Assembly: GCA_973851085.1 (NCBI GenBank)
Contig: OZ316776.1
Location: 15,190,001-15,254,000 of the forward strand
DNA: 64,000 bases
Reading direction: 5' to 3'
DNA from: Ptychomitrium polyphyllum
Taxonomy: Eukaryota
Under the pieces are notes generated by a model. That model searched no databases. It was not told the DNA's origin and saw only the letters and a list, made by a program, of their open reading frames with translations. The first letter of the stretch is position 1. Every line of letters starts with the position of its first letter. The position numbers and the translations under genes were made by a program. Below are positions 15,001 to 28,600 of this stretch, piece by piece.

Positions 15001-17775
15001 ATTTTAAAACTACAGATCTGTAGTACTGAAGTTCGTCAATAGTTCTCAGCTCCGGTAAATGACTATGTGGCTGATTCACATAAATCAGGAGAACGATGTC
15101 AACTTACAGATTCTTGAGGTCCAGCCGTCTTGTGGTCCTTTGCCTCAAACATGGCCAGTTCAGCCTCCTGTCAAAACCAACACAATCTTCTATTTAAGCT
15201 CAACTCGTTCCAAGTCTTTCTGTCACCTGACCAGAAGCACGCACCTGTGGACTTAAGACTTCGTTGTTTTCAACCTGGTCTGAAATTTTGTCTATGCATC
15301 TGATCTGCTCCATAAATAACAGTAGTTCCAGAATATTAAATACGAAGTTTGCATAGATCCTAGTCGATGTTGAGGTGCCTTGTAAGAAGCGTTGATGATT
15401 ATGCAAATAAGAAATCAAAAGATGCGTCTAACCTCACACTGCTTTCTTTTCGCCTCGTACCATTTCTCTTTATCGTCTTTCTGCAAGATCAAGCACGAAC
15501 CAACGGATCAGAAAATGCACAAATTAACATAAGCAAGCTGAAAGAGGAGCATCTGACCACTTAAATTAATCGCGTAGATTAAAAAAGGAAATAAAAACAA
15601 TTTTGTATATGTATATGCCCTTCGAGTTACTGTTACTAGAGCATTTCCCAGATAATCGATTATAAAAGCAAAAGAGTGATACATATATGCAAGTGTTTAC
15701 CGTGAAGGTCCTATCATCTTGAAGAGGCTCAGCAAGTATAAAAATGCGATCTAGAAGAACAATTACGGGATCTTTCCCTAGTCGATTCCACGGAACCTGC
15801 ATTGACCAAAACGTCACTGTGAATATGGTTCTAACATCGCAAAATCATGTAACACATAATCCTACATGTGTGTAATTTAAACCTAAGTTTTGAAGCATGT
15901 CCAAGTTAAGATTATTGAAATTGACAAATAGTATCGCCAGAAACACCTTCAATGCACTGTACCTTCAAAGTGACTGAACCAAGGAAGCCAGCTTTTACTG
16001 TGATAGGAAGCTTCAGTGCATTCAAGGCCTCCGCCTTGAGCTGTAAATCTCTCAACACGACATCACCTGTATCATCCGGGTTCAGCATTTAGCACCAGAA
16101 CCACGCAAATAGAAAGTATGACCTTGCCTGCAAGTGAGAGATGCACACAGTTAAGCAACACCACCTAAACTGTCCTAACGTCCTACCTCCTAATATTCCC
16201 GATACTCAGATTTAGAATGTACTACAATCTTACGCAAAATCCCTACTGGTAATCTCAGTATAACCCGAATGCCCCAAAAGACAGAGATCCAGGCAAACAT
16301 GAAATCATGAATTTGCATCACATAACAGCATCCAAAAGAATGGAGTTCCATAGGTTAGTTAATTGACCACGTAGAACACCAGTTACCATACTCCATTAAT
16401 TAACAAAGAACAAAAAATAAAGCCACAGCGGCCATTCAATCTATTCTTTCATTTCCATCCATACCCTAAGTCAATGACACCCATCTCCATGTTCACAACC
16501 AGATGAGTCACACATTGACTTGACTATAAAAGTGCAAAAACCGGCGCTTCCTTTAGCACTCCTATCAGGCCCGTCAAGTTACAGGCTGAAATAATCCTTG
16601 AACTGTTAGATAGTTGAGGACCTGTCACATCCCTTTTAAACTCAACCATGCCCTATGGATTCAAAGCAAATGAGTAAGGAAGCGTACCTTGCCAGACACT
16701 AATCTTCAACGCTTCAACCGAGAGTCCACGAACATACTCTCCAAGGTAAAGCCGAAGAAGATGTAGAACCTGTCAACAAAGAAGTATGCAAGAATCAAGA
16801 ACACTCACATTTTAAGAGTAACTACTGACACGATGCACTGGTTCAGTGCATTTTTAAAACAATCCCAAGTGCATAATAGCTGAGTATCTCTGTACTCTGT
16901 ACCAATGAACAAGTTAGTTGCATGCGCATACTATACCACGAAGTACTTGCTGACAGTTCTTTGAGAAACTCCAGCACAACGTTCTATATGTGGTGTCATT
17001 GAGAGCTGACTTGTATGCGCGTGCAACTAAGAGAAAGGCAACAACAATTTTTGAGTGGGGTATCATTGATTTGTGAACACACACCAGTGTAATTCATCTC
17101 CACTCCTAAAGCATGGTCATTAACCAAGGCGATTTTCTGCTAAACCTGTCATAAACCCTACAGCTGGGAACACATACTACCTTCTAACTCCCTGCCTATC
17201 GGATGAAAGGACTGCAATCATACTATTGAATTAGCAGAAACCTTATGAGTAGAAACTGTCCCACAAACATACTGGTCCACAGTGAAAAAATTTAGGTCCC
17301 AGACTAAGGAGCTTTCCTCAGTACTAGTATTGTTCTTTTACATGTAAACACAGCAGCTAGAAGGGAATCATCACACCTGCCAATTTTTCAAACGCCCGCC
17401 TCATGCGGTAGGTCAAGCAATAACAAAGGTGTCGACTTCCCGGAATCTAATCAGATCTACAACGAGTAAACTCAATTCTGGCATTCAGACCTAACTTCGG
17501 GAAAGGTACTGAAAGTGACTACGAGCACTGCGCATGAATCCAACATCGACAAACGGCAATAGAAAAGGTATGAATTCCAGGGTAACCGATTGAATATCGG
17601 CAATGCGAGCTGTGAAAGGAGAGGAATGGAGGGACTGATAGCGGAAGGCAGTATGATTTTAGCTTGTCACTAGGATTGAGCTTGAGAATTCCACAATTTG
17701 CAGATCGTGAGCAGTGCAGAAACGAAGATTGCAATAAGCTGCAGGAAAAGAAAGATTTACATGAGCCTCGAACAT
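1..17775 (-). CDS. VPS13: VPS13-family lipid transfer protein, VPS13M-type (N-chorein domain plus PH domain). Multi-exon; the 3' part runs off the window start.
   Basis: Spliced minus-strand exons give MFEAH (17775-17761, then GTAAAT donor) | VLHLLRLYLGEYVRGLSVEALKISVWQ (~16769-16688) | GDVVLRDLQLKAEALNALKLPITVKAGFLGSVTLK (~16067-15963) | VPWNRLGKDPVIVLLDRIFILAEP, the VPS13 chorein-N start. Further exons include SLIATIVGNLKISITNVHIRYED (~14870-14768), FSIDLDLDAPKISIP (~10025-9900), PH-like GIGSTVAEWQPCRAILAGTYLYILESE (~8543-8435), MATLDFFCNRPTVAALIEF (~6117-5797) and RVQRPRLLVAVDFLLAVGEFFVPS (~2640-1998). Not every exon boundary was resolved. Confidence 0.95.
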
Positions 17776-18082
17776 ATTGACAGACTCCTTCAAAAAGCCA
17801 CTTCACCGCAGCTTTACAAATTATTCTTCCAAGAGTAACCTCCGTGAGTCTCCTCCACCATCTCAAACCCCTCGGGTATCTCCACAGCAAATCTGAATCC
17901 TCTCCAGGAAGAAGAGAGAAAACAAGCAATTGGCCTCCACTTGTTCAATCCGTCCGCCTCAAAACCCTCAGAATTCTTCCGCATTCATCAAGATCCTTCC
18001 CAAATCACCTCATCTCCACCACCTATTGCTCCCCCATGCATGCATTCATTCCAATCACCGCCACATCACTGCGAACCGAAAA

Positions 18083-18457
<375 letters not shown>

Positions 18458-21411
18458 AAATCCACCACAAGAACAAACCCAAATCCACCACAAGAACAAA
18501 CCCAAACCACCTGACCGCCAACCTAGTCAATCTCCAAATAACGTCATTGCAGCCAAAAGCCCTGCTTGTTCTTCATCACAAACCCAATTCCACCACCATT
18601 TCAACAAACCGGTTCAACAGAAAGGCCGTAAAGGTGACTCACCACCAAACTCTCGCACTCACAACCGATTGAACGAACTCCTCTTCAGCAAGCGCTGTGC
18701 ACACCGTTGGAATCCCAGACACAAAACCACCAGTTTGCGATCCGATTCTGCACCAAAAAGGGTGAGATTTTTCGCAGAGGCAAAGTGGTACGAGGAGGAG
18801 AGACTGAAAGCCCGTTCCGTGCAGCGAGAATCAGCGTGAGACACCGCCCAAGTGCAGATCCTCGGGCCTCTTCAGGTGAACGAGTCGCTCAGCCTTCTGT
18901 CCTGCGCTGTCGCTCCCTCGCACCTCCAGCGCTGTCGCCGTGTCTTTTTCTTTCCAGCCCCTTTCGTCCCCATTTCTTTCCGGCCACCGCTTACGACCCA
19001 AACCACGACACCGTGACTCAAAACCAGCACCTTCTGCAAACTCGTAGAATTCTCACACTCCTCTGCACGGACAGCGTGGATGTAATCGGCTTTAGGTGCA
19101 GTAAGGGTTGCAGAGAGTGGTGCTTAAAGCCATCTTGTATCAAAAAACCGCCACTGCCCCCAATTATGACACCAACTACTGATTGCGAATCTAGTCGACT
19201 CAAAGATTTCATCAGCTTCAGTGTTTGGTTCGTAATCTGTATGAATGTCAAATATCTGTTGCTGTATCCAAAACTGGATATTTTTAGGACGGTTATGCAT
19301 TTGTGTGCCGTGAGCCTATGAACAGTGTGGTCTGGTGCTGAGGTTGTGGTCTGCTGCTGGATGCGATAGGTTCACACTTGGTCCTGGATCTGTTGGGTTT
19401 TACTTGTCGACGTGGCAGCCAGGGAGGGTTATGCAACCGTTTGATTTCAATCCGCGACTGAGCGAGTCCAAGGCTGGACTCTTCAAATACTATGGCCTGT
19501 ACCCGCTTCCGGGTAGCGGTGAAACATTCACGGAAGCCAAGCGGAGGGACCCATTCCCGTGAATTTTGCCTGCTCTGCACATACTAGAATGATGTAAAGC
19601 ATAGGATCCGCTTTAAAGTAGTATACGATAACATGAAAATGAAAATATTGTAACATGAAAATGATGGAATTAGAATGGTGTTTTCATGATGACTAATGAA
19701 TGTGGTGAAGAGAGGTTGAAGAGTTGTTTTTGTACCTATACTTGCAAATCCATGGATCTATTTGATTAAATCATCTTTTGAAGGAAATCATTATATTCAT
19801 GTAAAAATTACATATATAAAAATTTGATACATGGATTTGGTGCTAAAAGTACTCTTCAAAATTGGAATCCTTATACATCAAAGCATTTTATTTTTAAAAC
19901 CTTTTTCATATAATAAATTCCCTTTCTCAATAATTATAGTCACATACTTATGTAATCTTATATTTTCCATTTGTAAGACATTTAACATAAATGATAGGCA
20001 TATTTTTTTTAAGTTTTTAAATGCCAATAGAATTAAAATTTGGTACTCATTTTTAAATGAAATAAATCTGACTTTAAATAGTTTAAGTAATTTAATGCCA
20101 AAAATTAATTAAATTAAACATCTTACTATCTTGCATATCTTACTATCTTTCTATCTTACTATCTTACATAAAAATAAATAGAAAGTTCACATACAACACT
20201 TCAAAAGGACAATAATATGTTTTGCATTCAAATTTGTTTATTAAGACATTGTATAATTAAAAATTCAATAGCGTTGTAAAATAATTATCATTCTAAAAGG
20301 CCAAAAGACACATTATATAAGTTTTGTTGTAATTTTATATATACACTTTTAATTACTATACGACGTTTATATTGTATTTATATCTTTGCACATCATAAAT
20401 ATTCCATTATTATTTATGGAATTAATAGATTAAAGAAATTTGGACCTTGATGATAATATTTTGTTAGAAATTTCAAGGATTCATAATAATATGGATATTC
20501 TACAATTTTCTCTTCTAATAAATCCAATTTGTATTTGTAATTATAAGATTATAATTAAATATACTAAAAAACTTTTTTTATATAATTATTCTTTAAATTT
20601 GTCAAAGTTAATGAAAAGAAGCCATTTTGTCTTTATTATTCTCTATTTGTACTTCTTTGTATGTGTGTAATATAAAAAATTTAAAATCCTATAAATTTAA
20701 ATATTTCTTAGTGCCATTTTGAATTGATTTCAAACCTTAAAAACTTAGATTATACTTTATTTTTAAAAAAAAATTTACATTTATTTTTAAAAAACCTTTC
20801 AAATCAAATCAAACTTATTCATTTAATTATTTCTTTATTGATAATTGAAAAAATCCAACTATACTATTATATTGTGAAAATCTACTCTTCTTCTACACAT
20901 TTTGGCACATAACACATGTATTACAATACATTATATTTTTTTATTGCACAAACAATTTAACATATTTTTACATTTTGAATAATTCAACTAAAACATGAAA
21001 TAACTTAAATTCTTTAAATTTCTAATAAAATATTATAATTGTCACTTGATTATTTTGAATAACTTGGACCTTTTTATTAATTATTGGATTTTAATAAAAA
21101 CAATTTTTTACATGTTATGACTTATAATTTTTTGAAGATTTTATTTTTTGAAAGTATAGCTTAAGTTTTTATAAGATACAATGCTTTAATTAGGATTCAA
21201 TAACATGGTATTTTTTACATATATTAATCATTGTTTAGTTATTAAATATTAATTATAATTTAAGGTTTCTGTAAAAAAAACCTTATTTTCCATCATTTCT
21301 ATATATTTGCACATATCAGTTGAAACATCATTAAAAACTTCACTTAAAACATCAGCTAGGACTTCACTTGGCACTTCTTTCTTAAGACAAAAACCTAATG
21401 GCTACCTTACT

Positions 21412-22551
21412 TATCGTGCACCTCTCTTTCAGAAGTGCCCGAAACACTAAAGGCACAAGAGGACCCCAGAGTGACCTTCGGAACTTGTGGCACCGATAGT
21501 GAGGGAACCAAGTGGACCTAGCGTGGGAAAGACCCTTAGGAAAAAAAACATCCTTGCCCATGTAGACCGAGGGCCACGAGCAATAAATCGTAGACATTGG
21601 AGGAATTACAAAGAGCTGATTCTAGAATGCTAAAGATTGCTCAAATCGGACAAGAGAGCTAAAAGTTATGGCATCCCAAAGTTGGGGTTGCTAAGGGGCT
21701 GTTCTGGACTGTGGCAGCCCAACACAATAACTGTACTGGATTGGGACAGTCAAAGGAAAGACTACCTGAGAGTTTCGAACCTTGGGAGAGGCATATCTCC
21801 CAGAGTACTAACTCAAAATCGGACGTTTGAGGAATCTATTGACATTTACGCAAAGAGTAGATGACGATAGAGTGGTTGCTTGATAGATTTGGGCACCGGA
21901 CGTGGAAGATATGGCTCCCTGAAGGTCCGCAGGGAGTTCCGGAGGCTTCTAGCGGCTAAGTCCCAAGAGAAATTGGGTGGTCTTCCAAAACTTTGGGTGT
22001 GTCGGGGTTCAGCCAGCTACAGAGGGCCAGGGAGCCTGCCGAATTCCATAGAGAGTACTATAGGGGAGGGCTGGTCCTCTTCTCCACTCCCCTAGTGTCC
22101 CGGTAGGAACCAAGGGTGAGTCCTGGTTGGTAGAACTAGTGTTGAGGCTTCATCACGGAGATTTCCACACCATTGTGAGTCGGTGGATGACTGATTTCAC
22201 AAAGGGAACTAGTGAGATCAAGAGGGCACGCTTGTTACCACTAAGTTAGGGTGGTGTCTTCACGTCGGCACCATGATGACCCGGGGTGATCTTAGGATCA
22301 CATGGGGATCATGAGTGGTGATAAGAAGACACCACTAAGTGCGGTTAGGCCGTGTGAAATAAGAGTAACACCAAGTGAGGCCTTGGACATGAATGGAAGT
22401 CCGCACCTAACCATTGACTACCAATCAATTGGGTGTCCTAGGATAAATGGTAGAGGGACTTGGAGAGTGAGAATGGGGGTTAACCATGTGCATGTGGGGG
22501 TGTATAGGGTTGACGTGACGCTTGCTAAGATGCATTATAAGGGTTGCGACA
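21412..22551. mobile_element. Solo LTR of an LTR retrotransposon (superfamily not determined)
   Basis: GC-richer 1,140-bp island in AT-rich DNA. Termini are TATCG (one change from TGTCG) and CGACA. An identical 5-bp direct repeat TTACT flanks it at 21407-21411 and 22552-22556. No gag/pol ORF is present. Confidence 0.85.
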
Positions 22552-23483
22552 TTACTTGTTTATTTTTCAATATATATCCATATTCCTTAAATCCTTTGCT
22601 CAACATCTACTTAGCTTTTGCGGTTTTGTAAAAACTAAAATTGTAATTCTTATGAAAATGTGTAACTTTACATAATATATGACAAAGTGGGCTTATATAA
22701 GATAACACTTTAAGTCTTTGAAAAGAATGTCCTTTGTTGTGTACTTAAATTTTTTTTACCACATAAACTTCAACCTTAGAATTTCACTAAACGTGCAACA
22801 CATAAAACGCATTACACATATAAACAAGTTCTGGTTGAAATTAATTCAAAATATTTTTATTTGGGATTACAATTCCCATCTTCAAGCACCAATTCAAATA
22901 TATACTATCACACTTTTTTATTACATAGTAGAATATATCAAATTCTAAATATAAATAATGCAGACCCTGTCCAGAACCAAGGTATATCTCAGCAAAGTAA
23001 ATTTAAATAACCTTCGGGACTATAGTGTGAAATCGCGTTTCCATGCCGTCGAGTAAAATCACAAATCACTCTTACATAAAAAGTAAAGTAGAGCACCTAC
23101 GGGGGTCTTGGGGGAGTACTTCGTAAGCACGGGGTCTCCGCGATGGACTTATTCTTCAACAGCAAATCCCCCAAACCGTCACCGTTCGTAAAACAAAGAA
23201 AAATCTACCATAGCTCTACATTCTCTGTAAGAATAAAGATGGTTAGCGAAGATGAAGTTCCGTCATTGTACACAGAAGTAAGACCTTTTTTGATGAAATT
23301 GTAGACTTGATACATGTAATCTAGCCGTTTGGTAGATGGAAGTGGTTCTGCGGGTGATGACGGTGGAGGGGGTTGGAATGGGGGAAAGTGAGCCAAGGGC
23401 GAGCAGAGCAAATAACTGGGAGCCAGTTAGGGTTGTCGAGGTTGTCCGAAGCTTTTGTTGTAAAGAAGCTTGCATTGCGAGTC

Positions 23484-23491
23484 TAGGGTTT
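23484..23491 (-). promoter_or_regulatory. Telo-box (AAACCCTA) upstream of the eIF3g start; a second copy lies in intron 1 at 23830-23838
   Basis: TAGGGTTT on the plus strand. Telo-boxes are typical of plant translation-machinery genes, but the motif is short and its function here is inferred. Confidence 0.5.
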
Positions 23492-23631
23492 CGCTTACGA
23501 CCCGACGTGAAGCGCCGTCTCGGTCTCTCTTTCTACGGCGCAGTCGCAATTTCGTTCTTTTACTTGCTGTCGTGTTGTTGCTGGAGTCTTTTTTCATACG
23601 ACAGATAGCCTGGTAGCGTCCATTCTGTCCG

Positions 23632-25643
23632 ATGGGAGGACGGCGGGATTTCCGGTGGGGAGATGCGGCGGAGGAGGACGATGGAATTGAGGGCGTCTTG
23701 CCGCCCACGCAGGTCATCGGGCCTGATGAGAAGGGGGTCAAGATTATCATTGAATGGCGCAAGAACGAGGAGGGGGTTCGTACCAAGGTTACCAAGACGG
23801 TCCGAGTCAAGAAGCAGGTAAGGCGGTATTTAGGGTTTCTTAGGATTTTGATGTTTGTGCTTGAAACTCGTTTGAGAGGTTGTGTTGTTGAGGTTGTTCC
23901 TATTGGTGAGTGATAGGGTGTTTCTGAGCGCTGTGATATCAATACTGAAATGTTTCAGAGACACGGGTTTCATAGAATTGTTCAGTTTGTTGTCCTATTC
24001 AGGATTGGAGTTCTGCTTGTGTGACACGGTTTTAGGGTGAAATTTGGAGGCACTATGACACTCCGTAATGAGGTTGGTTTTGAAATTGGAACAGGTAAAG
24101 AAGCTCAATCCGGCTGCGATACGAAGGCGGTCGTTGAAGAAGTTCGGCGATGCGCTTGGTCAGAATGCGTCAGACAATCTAACTGTTACTTCGACTGAGG
24201 AGATTTTTCTGGAGAGGACCAGACCAGCAGGTGCTAAGGCGGAGCCTGAGAAGGGGGCTGATCTTGCTAGTCTTGGAAATGCTTCGCTTATCGTGTGTAG
24301 GACGTGTGGAAAGAAGGGAGACCACTGGACTTCGAAGTGTCCCTTTAAGGACTTAGCTGCAACCAAGGGTTTTTCGGTTGGAGGCGAGAAGCCACCAACT
24401 GACGACGACATGGGTCCGAGTATGTCCGCTGGACCAGGAGGAAAGGGATCATACGTGCCGCCTAGTATGCGATCAGGAAGCAAAGCCAATGATGGGGAGA
24501 GCATGCGACGTGGGAGGGATGACAACTCTATTCGGGTTACGAATCTGTCAGAGGATACCCGTGAGCAAGATTTACAGGAGTTGTTTCGACCGTTCGGTGC
24601 TATATCTCGTATTTACGTTGCGTTTGATCGTGAAACTGGACTCAGCCGTGGTTTTGCTTTTATCAATTTTGTTAACCGGTACGATTTCCGTTCCTTGCAT
24701 CAAGATGCATGGTTTATCTGTTTGAGTCATGTCATTTACCTTGTTTAAAGTGGGGTTCTTAAGCAATCTGTGATGATGCCTGCTACCTTCTTTTAGGTGT
24801 GAGAAGTTCCTAATTAAAACATGATAAAAACAAGTATTCATCTGAGGCGGATTTTTTCATGAGGTTCAGCCGGCGGGGGCTCGGAGTACCCTTCAATTTT
24901 CTATTCCTCTATGAAGGAGGGACTTCTGTAGGGGGGGCCCTCCCTTTCTGGGCTTGGGGCCCAGGTCCCGCTTGATTGAATGGAGCCCATGTATTAGTCC
25001 TTATATGGGCCTGTGGCTTGGCCCTCACTCAAACATCCTTAATGCCTTGGTCCTTACTCATACTAGAATCGGACATCTGTCAAAACCCCTGGCATCGTTC
25101 TTGATATGAGTAGGCAGGAGCTAAACGTTTTTAGTTTCAGTAATTGTTATCACCTCCTTAGAAATGAAGATCGGTTTTAAATTGCATGTAAGAAGCTATC
25201 TTCATTAGGGTTAGTCACACTGGATCAACAGCTAGCTGAACTTTCTCTTTGAGGACGCAGAAACACCACTTTAGTTGAGTGTTACACGCTCCTAGCAAGG
25301 GCTGACTTAAGTCTCGGCTAGCGGAAGTCGTGGGAGTTGTTTCGTCAAACTGCATGTTTCTAATTAGACTGTTGATTCGCATTTGTTACGCGTGCTACCA
25401 AATAGCATTTCAGATTTGATGGATTAGCTGATTATATTCTTTTAATGGCATTGTGGGATGAATGATTCGGTGAGATCAGGATTAATGTTATCTACTGTTG
25501 CTGAAGCTAAGAACTTATTCCGATTGCGTGGGGTTTGATGCAGGGAGGATGCTATTCGAGCGATCAACAAGTTGGACGGATATGGTTATGATAACCTCAT
25601 TTTGCGCGTGGAGTGGGCAACTCCACGAGCTGATAGATCTTAG
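23632..25643 (+). CDS. eIF3g: Eukaryotic translation initiation factor 3 subunit G; exons 23632-23817, 24095-24678, 25544-25643
   Basis: Shows RWGD..EEDD..LPP.QVIGPDEKGVK, the zinc knuckle CRTCGKKGDHWTSKCP, YVPPSMR, and an RRM (IRVTNLSED; RNP1 RGFAFINF) that completes in exon 3 as REDAIRAINKLDGYGYDNLILRVEWATPRADRS*. GT-AG junctions preserve the frame. Confidence 0.97.
24765..24853 (+). ncRNA. Candidate intronic box C/D snoRNA in eIF3g intron 2
   Basis: Box C GTGATGA (24770-24776), D'-like GTGA (24799-24802), C'-like ATGATAA (24821-24827) and box D CTGA (24842-24845), with a possible terminal stem AATCTG/CGGATT. GCCTGCTACCTTC is a 12/13 antisense match to the conserved 18S rRNA segment GAAGGCAGCAGGC. 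Confidence 0.35.
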
Positions 25644-28600
25644 AGTTTCGAATTGGACACTGAGAACTTTGTTATGAAACTTGGAGTTTGTTGTAGGAAG
25701 CTTCAATTTCATACTAGATTGGGGACCTTGATCCCTCTTTGGTATGTTAATGCAGGTTAATAATATCTGCTCATATTTTATCTCTTCAGTTTTTTACAGT
25801 TGTTGAAAACTTACATCTAAGGCGTTTGTGAATCTGGGGGAATAATAGCTAATTTTCTGTGTATCAATTTAGTCTCTTAGTCGCTTGATGCCTAGCGATA
25901 GTCGAGGTTAGGGTGGGATTCCTCTTGGTTCAGGTCAGATTTCCTGTAGATTGCGAGAACTCTCAGATGAGTGTATTTGTAAGCATTTTCTTCACTGTAC
26001 AAAGCCTGTGCACTTTGGATTACATTCTAGTATTTTGAAGCATGTACTGACTTTAGGTTCCAACCTTCAATTTATAGATCGCCCAATTCGTACAGAATGT
26101 TTAAAATTTGTCTCTTGTTATTCTTGTAGAATAATGAATTGCTTCTCTAGTTATACGGGTGGAAACATGAGGTTGATTAGAGAAAACGTCTCAGCGCAAG
26201 GTCATCATCTGATGACCGAGCTTGGAATCTGAGTGCACAGAAGGAACTGGTAGTCGATTAGTTGGGATTTTGTCAGTACGATACTGCTTCTCCCCTATTT
26301 CATTTTATTTATTCATTGTAATTTCGTTTACTTGCATCTGAAACTCATTTGCTGCAGTTTGGGCTATTGAGTAAGCGTCAAAAGCTTCAATCAAAGTGGA
26401 GATAATATTACCTAAGCTGGTGCATGAGTGTATAATGCTTTTGATAGAATCCACCCGTTTGCAGTTCAGAAACTACAGTATTTTCATTTTGTATGGTGAT
26501 TCCAGAAACTACAGAACTGCACATGCATGAACAAGACTTCGGCTCCTCCAAACTCAAGAACAAGAAGCACTGGATTTTTCTGGGACTCACAAGATGTTTT
26601 GGCTGAAGTGGAAGAGAACGGCCAAGAATGTTTGTGTATTTCAGAATCCCTGTCCTTACTTGGGAACTTTTGTACATAATGTCACATGCATAGCATTCTT
26701 GAGCAGTTGAAGCACCTCACCTTCACCTTTTAAAAGTGAGAGGATCAATAATAAATAAATAGTGCGGGCGTGGCACTCAATGTATGAACCGGTGGCTCTA
26801 GTTTTGGTGATTTAGAAGGCATGGATCTAGTTTTGGTGACTTGGGATACAAACTTTGGTTTTGACAATGGGATTATAACTTTAGGTGATGAAACTATGCC
26901 TCTGGTAGAGGGTGTTCGGAGGGGTCACTAAAGAATGTCATGTGACTACAGATACAAAATGTTGGTACCAGAAATATAAATCTCATGCTCTCAGCACAGC
27001 TAATTTTGCGTGCAAGCAATCAATAATGATCGCTTCTCTGTATGTAGGACATGCAATTAAAGTTTTAAACTCAGCTGTGCAGACTGAACAATCTGTACTC
27101 CTCGTGATCGGTCTCTTGACGCATACATGAATCACAAGTTCAATGAATTTTTGAAGTAGATCGTTATTGGAACTTCGCTTGGTAGTGAAGTTTCAAGAAG
27201 CCTAGTGTGATTTACGATGGAGGAGTTGAACTCGTTGTACACTGTTTCATCCGGATTTGGAAGTACTTGCGAATATACTACACCGTACCAGGGGTGACTA
27301 AGACGAGATGGGTGGCGACTCTGGGTATTACTGTATACCATTTCCAATTCTCAGCTGAGTCGTTGCTAAAGTTGTTGCCTCGCTGCTCGATTCAGCTCAT
27401 GTTCCTCGGTTTTCTCCAGGTTTCCTCTCGTTTGTGTCATTGGCCAATTGGTGCAGGTATTCAGCGCTTCCAGATTCTACAACTGCAAAATCAAAAGCGC
27501 TTGCTGAGGTATGGTATAAGAGCGTGTATTTGCCGTGGCGAGCTCAAGCACCGAAAAACAGAGATCCGCGGGGATCTCTATCATGCGAACTAAGATTCAG
27601 AGGCTTCAGATAAAGACCTCTCTGCTCAAGATTTCTTAGCTTTGAATACTCCAAGGAAGAGATTTCAACATTATTTATTGATGAAATTTAAATTGATGAA
27701 AGTTTTTACTTGTTATGAGGGCTTACAACTTTGTATGACAAGGCTTTTGTTGTATGAAAGAATTTGAAGAGTCATATGATTGGTTTTAATTAGATTGTAT
27801 TTTTTTTATTTAACTTAATTGGTTTACAAAGAAATTTGATTGTATCTTTAGATATGTAATTCATGTTTGACAATTTGTATTTGAAATTAATAATTTAATT
27901 AGCCTTGTCAAAGTAGATTCAAATATGTAATCATTTACTAATATAGGTTTTGAACACACTATAATACATGCATTTGAATACAAATATTGGAAACATGTAT
28001 CATACTTAAGTATTGGAGTTATGCCATGCATGCCAAATAACTATTAAGTAACTTGATTCTAAAGACCCATATTGCAATGCCTTCTAAGATTGTGATGGAA
28101 ACTAGCAAAGAGTTTGGTATCAGATGTCAGCAAAAAAAACCACTTGATATTAACGAAATATATCAATGTTGAATGGATTTTAGGCTTTCATGTCACCTAG
28201 AGTTAAGCATAAAGTCTTTGAATTAAAAATTTTCCTCAACGTAAACCCCTTGATGGCATCATCAAGCTTGGTGGCTTGAGAGTCTTGAAGTTCGTGCACA
28301 AGAACAAATTCTTTAGTGAAGTTATTGAGAAAGTTTTCATTTTCAAATGTCCAATTATGGCCCTAGATCTGAACCTGATTTAGTCAATCAAATGCAAAAG
28401 TTGTTTCACTCTCTAGCTGTGGTGCGCGTAGAAGATACAAAAAAGCTATAAAAGTACATATATGTGAAATGAAAGGCGTATTGATACACCCAATCTGCAG
28501 AGACGCTTCCTACATCAAAAGCAAAGGAGAAGCATGAACAGTGATTTCTTGAGGCTATTGTTTGCTCCATGAGGTGACTGCTTGACTGAGCTTATTCAAA

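Noticed and set aside
19013..19580. Short ORFs divergent from VPS13
   Set aside because: No motif or consistent exon structure; may be promoter DNA or a gene fragment.
25455..25506. Second C/D snoRNA-like motif pair in eIF3g intron 2
   Set aside because: The box C is non-canonical, the span is short, and there is no stem or rRNA complementarity.
26400..27600. Coding-like fragments between eIF3g and the B3 gene
   Set aside because: Short ORFs with stops in all frames and no recognisable homology.
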